This document shows positions 53,052 through 64,000 of a stretch of DNA of 64,000 bases, piece after piece. Source of the stretch: an uncultured Candidatus Saccharibacteria bacterium. Lineage in GTDB: Bacteria > Patescibacteriota > Minisyncoccia > UBA6257 > JAKLIH01. Location of the stretch: the NCBI GenBank assembly GCA_964475745.1, contig CAYYXO010000002.1:11679-75678 (forward strand). Direction: 5' to 3'. Within the stretch, counting starts at the first letter, position 1. Every line of letters begins with the position of its first letter. The notes beneath the pieces were generated by a model, which ran no database searches, was not told the DNA's origin, and worked only from the letters and a program-made list of their open reading frames with translations. The position numbers and the translations under genes were made by a program.

Positions 53052-54113
53052 ATGGATATCAACCAGTTTGATTATAAGCTACCAAAAAAATTAATTAGCC
53101 AGAAGCTAACTTTGCCAAGAGATCGGTGTAATTTTTTAATATATAATAGCGAAAAAAGGGAGAGCTATTTTAAAAAGTTTTACCATGTTTTGGATTATCT
53201 GGGAAAAGATGATGTAGTGGTGCTAAATGACACCAAGGTTTTTCCAGCTAGACTAGAAGGAGAAAAAACAACAGGAGGAAAGATAGAAGTTTTTTTGATA
53301 AAACCTATAGATGGTAATTTTCAAAAAAAAGTAAAAAATAAATGAGAAATTTTAGTAAATAAAAAAGTAGAAGATAGTCAAGAGATTTTATTTAAGAAAA
53401 AAAATAAAATAGTACTAAAGGGCATAATTAAAAAAGACCAAAGTCTTTTGATGGGGTTTAATTTGAAGGGAGAGGCTTTGTGAAAAGCAATTTATGATTT
53501 AGGAAATATGCCTTTGCCTCCATATATCAAGAGTCAAAAAGATCAAAAACACTACCAAACTATTTATGCTAAGAAGGTGGGTTCATGTGCTGCCCCAACA
53601 GCAGGGTTTCATTTTACAGAAAATTTAATTGAGAAATTATTAAAAAAAGGAGTCAAAATAGAATATATTACTTTAAATGTTGGGCTAGGGACTTTTAAGC
53701 CAATAAGAGTGGATGACATAAAGAAGCATAAAATGGATACAGAATATTTAAAAGTAGAAAAAGATGTTGCTAAGAGGTTAACAAATTATAAAAAGCAAGG
53801 AAAGAGAATTATAGCTGTGGGCACAACAGTAGTAAGAACCCTGGAGTCAGTTTTTAAAAAAGGTGTTTTTTGCGATGATGTTTTGCAAACAAATATTTTT
53901 ATTTATCCAGGCTATAAGTTTAAAGTAGTGGATGCGTTTATTACTAATTTTCATTTGCCACGATCAACTCCTTTAATGATGACAGCTGGTTTTTTAATGC
54001 AAAAGCATGGTGATTTTGAAACAGCTAAAAAAGAATTATTTAAAATTTATAACTCAGCGGTAGCTAAAAAATATAAGTTCTATAGCTTTGGAGATGCTAT
54101 GATGATAATATAA
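53052..54113 (+). CDS. queA: SAM:tRNA ribosyltransferase-isomerase
   Basis: NDTKVFPARL, MPLPPYI, AAPTAGFHFT, TNFHLP, YSFGDAM. Confidence 0.96.
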
Positions 54114-54127
54114 ACTAAGACAAAAGT

Positions 54128-55267
54128 ATGGAAAAATTTAAAATAAAATATCAGTCAAAAAAAACAAAAGCAAGAATTGGCCAGCTTAAAACAGAACACG
54201 GGAGTATTGAAACGCCAGTTTTTATGCCACCAGCCACGAGAGGTTTTTTAAAAAGTGTGGATAGCATAGATGTAGTTAAAAATTTAAAAAACCAGATGCT
54301 TTTAGTAAATACTTATCATTTGTATTTGAGGCCAGGAGACCAATTTGTGAAGAAATTTGGAGGTATTCATAAGTTTATGGGTTTTGATAAGCCTATTTTG
54401 AGTGATTCAGGCGGGTTTCAAGTTTGAAGTTTAAATAAAAAAGGTGAAAAATTGGCAAAAATATCAGAAGAGGGAGTTAGTTTTAAATCAAATATTGATG
54501 GCTCTAAACATATGTTTACTCCAGAAAAATCAATTGAAATACAACATAATCTAGGAGTAGATATTTTAATGGCTTTTGATGAATGTACTAATGATAAAAA
54601 TTCAAAAGAGCAGGTCGTAAAGGTATTAGAAAGAACTAATCGATGATTAGCTAGATCCGTTGAGCAGCATCAAAGGTTGCAAAAGAAAAACAAATCAAAT
54701 AAATTACTTTTTGGTATTGCCCAAGGTGGAGTGCATTTGGATTTGAGAAAACAAGCCTTGGAGTTTGTTAACAACACAGAAGTAGATGGAGTGGCTCTAG
54801 GCGGAGAAACTATTGGCTATAATATGAAAAAAACAAAGGAGTTGTTGAAAAATTTGGAAGGTTGTTTAGATCTAAAAAGGCCAATTTATACTATGGGCTT
54901 AGGCGGTAATATCCAGGACATGATTGATGCCATGGTCAGAGGAGTGGATATGTTTGATTGTGTGAATCCTGCAAGACTGGCTCGTCATGGTGAAATGTTT
55001 ATTGGTAAGCTTGATTTAAAAACATTTAAAGTCAAATCATCAGAAAAAGGTAATGTTTTAAAAATTGGATTGAGTAAATACCAAAATGACAAAAAGCCAG
55101 TAGAAAGCAATTGCGATTGCTTGGTGTGCCAAAATTATTCAAGGGCATATTTGAGGTATCTGTATATGATAAAAGAACCGCTATATTTTAGATTAGCCAC
55201 GATTCACAATATTTATTATGTGAATAAGATAATAAATCAATTTAAAGATTTTGTAAAAAATGAATAA
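54128..55267 (+). CDS. tgt: tRNA-guanine transglycosylase
   Basis: [24 protein letters not shown](W)SL, CDCLVC..YSRAYL. Confidence 0.96.
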
Positions 55268-55796
55268 AAAACTTTTGCTATACACTTGTTGTGCTTCATG
55301 CGCTTTGCCAATATTGGATTATTTAAAAAATCAAAATTTTGACATTACTCTTTATTTTTCAAATTCAAATATTTTGGATAAAGATGAATTTGATAAGAGG
55401 CTATCAGATGTTGAAAAAATTGCTAAAATTTATAATGTTGAAGTTGTGATTGATGAATATAATCATCAAGAATGACTCGATTGCTTGAGTAAAAATTTAC
55501 CAAAAGATTTAAAAGAATATCAAGAAAATTCTGAAAGATGTGTTGCATGCTTAAATTTTAGAACTCAAAGGTTGGCAAAATATCTTCTGAGTAATGTTTT
55601 TGATGTTGTTTCCAGTACTTTTTTGACTAGTTTGCATAAAGATACGAAAAAAGTCGAAAACTGATTAAAAGAATTTGGAGGGGAAGTTTTGTTTTTTGAT
55701 ATTGATAAAAAAGATTTTTATAAGAAGGGAATTGATTTGTCCAAAAAGCATGATATTTATAGACAAAAGTTTTGTGGTTGTGAATTTTCGAGATAA
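55260..55796 (+). CDS. queH: epoxyqueuosine reductase QueH (DUF208)
   Basis: TCCASC, ERCVAC, IYRQKFCGCEFS. Confidence 0.88.
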
Positions 55797-55895
55797 AATA
55801 ATTGTGCAGGCCATTGCTTTTTTGATATTTATGTGCTATACTGAAAAAGTAAATAGCGAACAAGTTAATTAAAAAAATAATAATAAAGTTGGAAA

Positions 55896-56291
55896 ATGGA
55901 CTATGGCAAACATTTGCTGTTAGAGGTTGTTACCAAAGATGGCAAAGATTTGGCAAGTGTTGCTAAAATGAAGAAGTTTTTTGATTTGATTATTAATAGA
56001 GTTGGCTTCAACATTGTTTTTAAGCCAATGTTCTACAAATTTAAACCAAGAATCAAAGGAGAACTTGCTGGCATTACTGGCATGTGCATAGTGAGTGAAT
56101 CACATATTTCTATACATACTTGACCAGAAAAAAACTATTTTTCTTTTGATATTTTTTCTTGCAGCGATTTCGATGTAAATAAAGTTGTGGACATAGTAGA
56201 AGAAGTCTTTCTGGCAAAGGAAATTTATTCAGAGATTATTGAAAGAGGTTTAAAAATAAACTTCAAAAAGAAGCGCAAAAAAGGCAGTTAA
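55896..56291 (+). CDS. speD: S-adenosylmethionine decarboxylase proenzyme family
   Basis: GKHLLLE, SESHISIHT(W)PE, DIFSC. Confidence 0.88.
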
Positions 56292-56361
56292 CTGCCTTTT
56301 TTGATTAGTTGAAAAAAAGTTAAACATTGTCTATAATATATATTAAGATTAAAATATTTTT

Positions 56362-56775
56362 GTGAAAACAATAAAAGATATAAAAAACTCTGATAAATAC
56401 TATTGAACAAATCATGTAAAAAACAAAATGATTTTTTATGGTTTGTCGGAGTCTTTGATAAAAAGAATTTTGAGATTTCCTAAAAGAACTGAAGAGGGTA
56501 TCGCGCCAAATACTTTGGCAGTAATGAAAGCTGCTGGTTCAAAGAAAAATCCTTATGAGCTTTGGGTGATGTATCAGGTAGCAAAAAATAAAAACAATAA
56601 AAGCAATATAATAGATGAGGATATTTTAAACAAGCTTTCTGAAAAAGAAGTTGTTGATATTGCTAAGACCAAACCTCAAATTGTGGTTATTAGTGCTTGA
56701 AAATATCCTGGTATTACCAAAGCAAAAGAAGAGGTGCCTATTCCTGAAGATGTCAGAAAGATTTTTGGCTTGTAA
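56362..56775 (+). CDS. conserved-looking hypothetical protein
   Basis: (W)TNHVKNKM..GLSES..KRILRFPKRTEEGIAP..ISA(W)KYPG; GTG start. Confidence 0.72.
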
Positions 56776-56838
56776 TTTTTGAAAAAATTGTTTAAAATAT
56801 CATTAGTAAAAACAATTAATAAAATAAGATTAAATATT

Positions 56839-57600
56839 ATGAAAAATTTTAAATTTTATTTAGCAGGGTCTTTAGTGATTCTCTTTCTGCTGTTTTTTCA
56901 ATTTGTGTTTGTGGTTTTAAAAGAAGCCACTATTTTGGATAGAGCTCAAAAAGAATGAGATCCTTCTAATATAGAATTAAGGGATTTGGGCTTTACCTCT
57001 GATAGGTTCGTAAAAGATAAAAATATCAGAAAAGAAGTAATTAAATACAACAACAAGAAATTTTTAGTGGTTTTTATGGGCAACGAACAGTCATATTTTG
57101 ATAGAAAGATAGTTGCCAATATGTTTGTTTATGGCCCCGACATTTCAGGAAAAACAGTTTTAAAAGATTTTCAATCTTTTACCTTGACTCCAAAAGAAGA
57201 ACCATTTTTTAAAGATAATTTACCAGAATTGCCTTTTGTGGAAAAAGTGGTTGATATAAATGGAGATGGTGTTCCAGAAATATTAGTTAATCTAGGAAAT
57301 TACCCAGGTCTCGGAGCTCGCTATACAGTGGTTTCTTATGATTTGATAAGAGAAGATTTAAAATGACTTCGAGTTCAAGATAAAAATGGTATTATTGATC
57401 AAGCTTGATTCTTTGAAGGGTATTTTGATGATGCTATCCTTAGATTTGAAATAGATGAAAAAGAAAGTTCCGTCTATCAGTTTATTGGGGTTATGCCAAG
57501 AGATATTAGCGAGGAAGAAAGCTTAGATTTAAATAATTGAAACTGAAGAGTGGATATTTTTACTTTAGCAAGGGAGGGCGGCTTGTTTATTCAAAAATAA
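56839..57600 (+). CDS. membrane-anchored protein with FG-GAP/VCBS-like Ca-binding motif
   Basis: N-terminal TM; DINGDGVPEILV; 5 TGA. Confidence 0.72.
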
Positions 57601-57602
57601 TT

Positions 57603-58466
57603 ATGGTTAAAAAAATATATGTTATAAATAACTCTGGAGAGAGGGAGTTGTTATCTAAAAATAAAATAATAAATAGTGCCAAAAGAAGTGGTGCTAGTTT
57701 GGATTTGGCTAAAAAAGTTGCTGACATTGTAACAGAAAAAGTTGACGAAGAAATGACCACAAGGAAAATTTATGCATTGATTAAAAAAACTTTATTAAAA
57801 GAAAGTCCGGCAAGCGGCATGAAGTATTCTTTAAAAGAAGCCATAAGAAAGTTGGGGCCAACAGGACATTGATTTGAAAAATATGTAGCTGATATTTTAA
57901 AGGAGTATGGCTACAAAACTAAAATTAATCAGATAGTAAAAGGCCGTTGTGCTGATTTTGAAGTTGATGTTTTGTTGTGAAAAGATGAAATAAAAGAATT
58001 TTCTTTTGGCGAATGTAAATATCATAACAATCCTGGAGCTAAAGTTTCTATTTCAACTATTTTAGAAAACTTTGCTAGCTTTATTGATTTAAAAGATGGC
58101 AAATTGGGGCAATCTTTTGTTGACAAAAAGTATAATTTAAAAAGAGCCATCATTACAAATACAAAGTTTACCTCAAAAGCTATTACTTATGCTAATTGTT
58201 ACGGAGTAACTCTCTTGGGTTGAAAATATCCAAAAGGAAGGGGTTTAGAATACTATATTGATGGCAAGAATCTTTATCCAGTAACTATTTTGCCTTCTGT
58301 GACTTCATTAATGCTCGAAGAGCTTTATAATAAAAATGTTTTATTAGTGAAGGAATTATTAGATGAAAATGTTCAGAAAAAACTTAAAAAAAGTTCTTTG
58401 CCAAATGTAAATGTTGACAAGATAGTTAAAGAGGCAAAAATACTTTTTAAAGAAGAAGGGTTTTAA
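57603..58466 (+). CDS. ATP-cone plus Mrr-like restriction endonuclease fold protein
   Basis: N-terminal ATP-cone-like segment; LGPTGH(W)FEKY, EVDV, ECKYHN, ITNTKFT, G(W)KYP, LYPVT. Confidence 0.82.
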
Positions 58467-58559
58467 TAGTTCCTCCCTAGAATTAAAGCGTTTTTTCAAC
58501 TGTTGAAAAAAGAATAAAAATGTGATAAAATAAGGGTGTTAATTTGAAATATTTTTAGG

Positions 58560-58641
58560 GCCGAAGTGGCGGAACTGGCAGACGCGCACGACTCAAAATC
58601 GTGTGGAGCAATCCATGTGGGTTCGACCCCCACCTTCGGCA
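58560..58641 (+). tRNA. tRNA-Leu(CAA)
   Basis: GCCGAAG...CTTCGGC-A, anticodon arm CACGA-CTCAAAA-TCGTG, long variable arm. Confidence 0.95.
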
Positions 58642-58687
58642 CAAGAAGTTCTGATAATTTTAAATAAATTAAGGTTAAATATTTAAA

Positions 58688-60058
58688 ATGGACAATTTTG
58701 AAGAAAAAGAAATCATTATTATAGATAAAAACCAAGAATCTTTTTTTGGTAATTTAAAGTTAGAGATTGGAAAATGATGAAAAAAGAATGGCACTTGAAA
58801 AAATGGTTTAAGTGTTTTTGTTATTTTTGCTACCTTAATGTTTTTTTCTCAACTAATGACAAATTATGGTTATAAAAGAGGAATAAATGATGCATTAAAC
58901 AGAAGTACTGAAGTTGGTTTTTGATCAACTCAAAATGTTTTTGGTATGGATTCTCAGAAATCAGAAAGCAACTGATATGTTTTTTGGGATGTTTGAGCAA
59001 GAGTAAAAAATAGCTATATTGAAGGAAGCAGCATCACTGATGAAAAAATGATAGAAAACGCCATTAGGGGTTTAGTTAGAACAACTGAAGATCCATTTTC
59101 TGAATATTTGACCTATGAAGACTATAAAGAATTGACTGGTGAGCTCCAAGGATCTTTTGAAGGCATTGGTGCGGAGATAAGCAGAAGAAATGGTCAAGTG
59201 GTGGTGGCGGCGCCATTAAAGGATACGCCAGCCTATAAGGCAGGGTTAAAGCCAGGAGATATCATTATAGAAGTTGATGGTGTTTCAACTATTGATGCCA
59301 CTACAAATGATGTAGTTAAATTGATTCGTGGGCCAAAAGGAACAACAGTTACAGTGGTTGTTTTTAGGGAGGAAAACTACGAAAGAAAAACTTTTAAAAT
59401 TACTAGAAGTCAAATAAATGTTCCTTCTTTGGAGTTAGAAGAAACCAGTGATGGTATTATGATTATTAAAATGTATAATTTTTACGATCCATTAGTTCCT
59501 CAATTTGCAAAAGCTGTTGAAATTATAAAACAAAAACAGCCAAAAGGAATTATTCTTGATTTGAGAAACAATCCAGGTGGATATTTAGATGCTTTTATTG
59601 AAGTCGGTCAATACTTTTTTGAAAGAGGAGCTACTTTATTAGTAGAAGATTTTGGAGACATAAAAGATGATATGATTTATCGTTCTAAAAGGAACGGTGA
59701 ATTAAAAGATTATAAAATGGTTGTTCTGGTAAATGAAGGGTCTGCCTCTGCTTCTGAAATTTTGGCAGGAGCATTAAGAGATAACAACAAAGTATTGATT
59801 GTTGGTGAAAAAACTTTTGGTAAGGGAAGCGTGCAAGAGTTAATGCCAATTCGCAATAACAACTTTTTAAAGCTAACAGTTGCTTATTGGTTGACTCCAA
59901 GCGAGGTCAATGTTAGTAAAAAAGGAATTGTGCCAGATATTGAAGTAAAACAAGAAGAAGAGGATTTAACCATAATAAGTTCTTATGATGTTTCTGATTT
60001 AAAAAAAGACGCTCAGCTTAATCGTGCTTATCAAGAGCTATTAAAAATAATCAAATAA
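58688..60058 (+). CDS. ctpA: S41 C-terminal processing peptidase
   Basis: FWDV(W), [35 protein letters not shown]. Confidence 0.92.
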
Positions 60059-60060
60059 AT

Positions 60061-60519
60061 ATGGAAGTAATATTATTAAAAGATGTAAAAGGTCTTGGTC
60101 GGAAAGGTGAAGTCAAGCAAGTCAAAGATGGTTATGGCCATAATTTTTTAATTAAAAAAGGCCTAGCTATTTTAGCAACCAGAGGCGAAGTTAATCAGGT
60201 CAAAGATTTGGCACAACAAAAAAAGAAAAAAGAAGAATCCTTGGAAAGAGAGAGAAGAGAGCTCGAGAAAAAAATAAAATCTCTTAATTTGAAAGTGGGG
60301 CTTAAGTTTGCTAAAGATAGTAAAAGCGCTTATGAATCTTTAAATAAGGAGCATGTAATTGGTGGCTTGAAAAAAGATTTTCAAGTAGTTTTACCAGTAA
60401 ATGCAAAAATAATTTTTGATAAAAACATAAAACAAAAAGGAGCAACAACAGTAAAAATTGATTTAGGAAATAATGTTGTTGTTCCTTTGGAAGTTGAAAT
60501 TATTGATAGCTCAAATTAG
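60061..60519 (+). CDS. rplI: 50S ribosomal protein L9
   Basis: [26 protein letters not shown]. Confidence 0.95.
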   Translation: MEVILLKDVKGLGRKGEVKQVKDGYGHNFLIKKGLAILATRGEVNQVKDLAQQKKKKEESLERERRELEKKIKSLNLKVGLKFAKDSKSAYESLNKEHVIGGLKKDFQVVLPVNAKIIFDKNIKQKGATTVKIDLGNNVVVPLEVEIIDSSN

Positions 60520-60788
60520 TCGACGTTTACTACGTTGACTTTTTTTGTTTTGCCTTGAAAAGTTTTTTTCTGCTTAGTAATAAATTTAACTTTTCCTTCT
60601 TTGGTGGCGTAGATAGTGCAATCTTTTCCTTCGGCAGTGTTTTTGCCAGAATAAAATCTATTGCCTTTTTGTTTTACGATAACACTTCCAGCTTTGGCTG
60701 GCATGCCGTCATGCAATTTAAGGCCTAATCTTTTTGCATTTGAATCTCTTCCTAAGCCAGAGGATCCTCCTGATTTTTTTGTAGACAT
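60516..60788 (-). CDS. rpmA: 50S ribosomal protein L27
   Basis: [22 protein letters not shown]. Confidence 0.95.
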   Translation of the reverse strand: MSTKKSGGSSGLGRDSNAKRLGLKLHDGMPAKAGSVIVKQKGNRFYSGKNTAEGKDCTIYATKEGKVKFITKQKKTFQGKTKKVNVVNVD

Positions 60789-60817
60789 ATTTATACTTTT
60801 AAACTATATTAACATTT

Positions 60818-61201
60818 ATGAGGTATATTCTAACAAATTTTTATCAATTTGTAAAGAGATTAATTTATTGGTTTAAAACCAATATTCTTTGCTTTTTATT
60901 GATTTTATTAGCTTTTGGAGCTGGTTTGATCACAGGAGGTAAGTTTTTAAAGCGTCCGCCAATAGTTGTTTATGGTGATGTTATTGACATAAAAGAGCTT
61001 AACTTGGAAAGTGATGCCAAAAAGTCAGTTGTTGGAAGCAAAGAGGTCTTGGGTGGTTTTGTGGCTAGTAGCAGAGGCAAGTATTATTATCCGAGCGACT
61101 GTAGCTTAGCCAAAAGCTTGAGTCCAGCCAATTTACTTCATTTTGAAACAGAGGCCAGTGCTATTGAGGCTGGCTATATCAGACAAGAAAGATGTTATTA
61201 A
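60818..61201 (+). CDS. membrane protein with Ada metal-binding-like C-terminus
   Basis: TM then FVASSRGKYYYPSDC..AIEAGY. Confidence 0.7.
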   Translation: MRYILTNFYQFVKRLIYWFKTNILCFLLILLAFGAGLITGGKFLKRPPIVVYGDVIDIKELNLESDAKKSVVGSKEVLGGFVASSRGKYYYPSDCSLAKSLSPANLLHFETEASAIEAGYIRQERCY

Positions 61202-61202
61202 T

Positions 61203-62423
61203 TTAAAAATCCGAGAAATCATCATAAACTTTGGCATGGATGTTTTTATTGATGTCTCCGTTGGTAAATAATTTTGTGTCTTTTTTGTTGGTGGTTTTAA
61301 CAATTTTTACTTTGTTTTTTACTTTTTTACATGTTTCTATTTGTTTTCTGGTGTCTTCTGGTATTTCTCTCATAATATCATTAAAAGATTCTTTATCTAT
61401 TTTGATTAAACCATTTCATTTGTCTAGTGGTTGCAAAATTTCTTTGATCTTTTTTCATTCATAAGTGTAGATTTCTTTGTCATTGATTTCAAAACAACCC
61501 TCATCACTTTCAAGTTTGAAGAGTTTTTTTTGAACAAGAAAGTTGTCTATTTGGCATTTGATTTTGTCAATCTCTTTTTCTAAAATTCTTTTTTTGTCAT
61601 GAAGAGTAAAATATTTGTTGATTAAATGCTTAGTACTTTGTTCGTCTTTAGGGATCTCTTTTTGTTGGTAGTTTCTAAAAGCAGGACAAATATTTTTAAA
61701 ACCACATCAATTGCATAAAATAGTTGGTTTTGGCGGAAAAATCTTTTCTTTTTCTATGTCTTTTATAGTTTTGATTATTTGGTATTTGGTTTTTTCTAAA
61801 TCATCAATATTTCGTTTGGTTTTTAGATGTTCTTGGTGGCGCAGAAAATACAAAGAAAGATCTAGCTTATCTAATTCAATTTTGGGTCATTTATTAATGA
61901 CAGCCATTGCATATATGGAAAGCTGGTTGTTGTCGTCAACATTTTTTTGAGTTGGGAGTCTTTTGCCAGTTTTGTAATCAACAATTTCATAGTGATTGTT
62001 TATTTTACTAATGCGGTCAATAATGCCAGAAACAATATGCAGATTATTGTTGGGCTCCTTTATTTCTAGTTCAAAAGGAGATTCAAGACCCAAAACAGTA
62101 AGTTTATCAAAATGATTGTTCTGGTAAAAGCCTTTAAGCATCATTATGCCTTCGTCAAAATTAAAGCCATTTAAATTTTTTTCTTTATTGCTTTTTAAGT
62201 CAAAATATTTGATTTCACCAAAATGAGCTTCATAAAAGGAAAGCAGATCTTTTAAAGATATTTTTTTTGGGTCATTTTCAAAGAATCATTGTAAAACGTA
62301 ATGCAAATAAGTGCCAAAAACAGCTGCTTCTGATTTTGGCTCAATTAACTTGTCTATTTTGCCCAACTTGTATTTATGGGGGCATTGTTTGAATGTTTCT
62401 AAAGAAGAATGTGAAACGCGCAT
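61203..62423 (-). CDS. PD-(D/E)XK RecB/Cas4-like nuclease with Fe-S cysteines
   Basis: SHSSLETFKQCP, FGTYLH, GIIDRI, IVDYKTG, QLSIY, LCN(W)CGFKNICP. Confidence 0.88.
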
Positions 62424-62538
62424 ATATTTTGTTTAATTGAATATATAAAAGTATAACAAAGATGAGGATAAAAAACAATATTGAAAACATCCATTAATTG
62501 TGGTATAATGTAAGCAGATACTTGAAAAGGAGGTAAAA

Positions 62539-62670
62539 ATGTTTTGGAAGGGGTTGGCTGTTTTAGTTTGTTTCCATTTTGTCAATTTGTTGTTAAAAGT
62601 TGTCTCAAAAGGAAAAAAAGATATGAGATCTAAAAGATTGATCGAAGATATCAAAAGATTTAAGAAATAA
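62539..62670 (+). CDS. 43-aa hydrophobic/basic peptide (SD-led orphan)
   Basis: promoter TTGAAA-17-TATAAT at 62481, AAGGAGGTAAAAATG, hairpin after stop. Confidence 0.6.
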   Translation: MFWKGLAVLVCFHFVNLLLKVVSKGKKDMRSKRLIEDIKRFKK

Positions 62671-62754
62671 ACCGTATTTTGAAGAAAAATGCGGTTTGTT
62701 TTTTTGAATAAATTTGATACAATTTATTTAATAAAATAAATTATAAATATTTGT

Positions 62755-63603
62755 ATGAAAAAAAAGATTGAAAAAATAGCTTTCTTTTACAATGAAAAGA
62801 ACAGAAAGGCAGCTGTTTGGGCAAAAGAAATTAAATTGCTCGTAGGAAAGTTAAACAAAAGTATTGTTTTTACGAATGAGCAGCCAGATGTGGTTTTTGT
62901 TTTGGGAGGAGACGGCATGATTATAAGAGCCATAAAGCATTTTAATTACAGCCAAGCTTTGTTTATGGGTTTTAATTTGGGCAAAGTGGGATTTTTGATG
63001 TCAGTAAGAAATCAGAGATATTTTTTAGAAAGTGTTAAAAAGTTTTTTGAGGGGGAATATTTTGTAAGCTCAAGAAATCTTTTGAGAGTTGAAGTGATAA
63101 GAGATAATAAGGTGGTATTTAAAGATAATGTTTTAAATGAAGTGGTGGCGCAAAGTTTGCTTGGTATGGTCAATTTAGATGTAAAGATTGATGGCTTTCC
63201 TTTTCAAAATATTTTTGGCACAGGGGTTTTGGTTTCTACAACAACAGGGTCAACTGCTTATAACTTATCTGCTCATGGCCCAATAGTAATGCCAAGCATT
63301 GGTTGTATGATTTTGAGTGAATTGATGGATCATAATATACCAACTCCTAGCTTAATAGTTTCTTTAGATAAAAAAATAATAATTGATGTGGTGGAGTTTA
63401 GAAAAAAAGATATTGTTAAGATAAAACAAGGGGGAGGAATGATAGAAGCAGATGTTTTATTAATAAGCGATGGCCAGCAGTTGTTTTCTTTAGAAAAAGG
63501 AGATAAGGTTGTGGTCAAAAACAATAATAAAAAGGTTGATATTGTGGAGCTAGATAAAGACTACTTTTTGTTTAGCCTAAAAGATAAGTTTTACAAGAAA
63601 TAG
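62755..63603 (+). CDS. nadK: NAD kinase
   Basis: LGGDG, NLGKVGFL, LNE, STTTGSTAYNLSAHGP. Confidence 0.93.
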   Translation: MKKKIEKIAFFYNEKNRKAAVWAKEIKLLVGKLNKSIVFTNEQPDVVFVLGGDGMIIRAIKHFNYSQALFMGFNLGKVGFLMSVRNQRYFLESVKKFFEGEYFVSSRNLLRVEVIRDNKVVFKDNVLNEVVAQSLLGMVNLDVKIDGFPFQNIFGTGVLVSTTTGSTAYNLSAHGPIVMPSIGCMILSELMDHNIPTPSLIVSLDKKIIIDVVEFRKKDIVKIKQGGGMIEADVLLISDGQQLFSLEKGDKVVVKNNNKKVDIVELDKDYFLFSLKDKFYKK

Positions 63604-63664
63604 CCCAAAAGCGGCTTTCTAGAAAGGAGGTTGACAAGATTAAAAAAGTTTGCTAGTATATTAA

Positions 63665-63736
63665 TAGTTGAGTGATAGAGCTTCGGCAATATTGCTCAAC
63701 TACTGAAAGAAATCTGTTTTCGGACAGGTTTTTTTC
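63665..63736 (+). ncRNA. candidate small structured RNA
   Basis: promoter TTGACA-17-TAGTAT, 13-bp stem capped by C(UUCG)G, then intrinsic terminator; no ORF. Confidence 0.5.
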
Positions 63737-63900
63737 TTTTATTTTAGAAATTGGCTAAATTATTGATATTTGCTAAAAAAGATGCCTATTGGTAAGGTTT
63801 TTAAAATTGTATCGGGGGTTGATTTTTTTGTAAAAATTAGCTAAAATAATAAATAGGAAAATAGCTTAAGCTAGTTATTTAATAAATAAACAATAAAAAC

Positions 63901-64000
63901 ATGAAAAAGAAAAATATAATAATGATTATTGTGCTGATTGTTATTATTGCCATGGCAATGATTTGAGCGTTAAAAAATAGTGTAATTTCCCCAACCACAA
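63901..64000 (+). CDS. 5' part of membrane/secreted protein (runs off window)
   Basis: MKKKNIIMIIVLIVIIAMAMI(W)ALKN. Confidence 0.6.

Noticed and set aside
58586-58604. tRNA with UCA anticodon (the loop contains TCA)
   Set aside because: The 7-nt loop CT-CAA-AA centres on CAA; the long variable arm and A73 indicate Leu.

Overview
AT-rich bacterial chromosome segment with almost all genes on the + strand. Gene content and rRNA features point to Patescibacteria/CPR, Parcubacteria-like (inference). The supplied ORF track is fragmented because this genome reads TGA as tryptophan (table 4). In-frame TGAs fall at conserved Trp positions (SecE, NusG, GatB, LepB, GyrB, PheS, FtsX, PolA, SpeD), and every reconstructed gene ends in TAA or TAG. 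All CDS coordinates below are my manual table-4 re-joins. Core content: secE-nusG-rplK, gatB, lepB, a degenerate hisS paralog, rpsU, ybeY, ftsAZ, nrdDG, split comEC, pheST, gyrB, gatCA, rodA, mltG, recR, dcd, ftsEX, polA, queA-tgt-queH-speD, ctpA, rplI, rpmA, nadK. The rRNA genes are unlinked: 23S-5S comes first and 16S lies about 4.4 kb downstream. The 16S has lost the anti-Shine-Dalgarno and both large rRNAs carry hairpin insertions. There are two tRNAs and an accessory block with a Y1/RAYT transposase and a type II R-M pair. The most striking pattern is a second class of small orphan gene cassettes. They carry SD or SD-like sites the resident 16S cannot pair with, use only TGG for Trp, and mostly share a boxA-like leader motif with the rRNA genes. 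They therefore look written for a standard-code, SD-reading ribosome.
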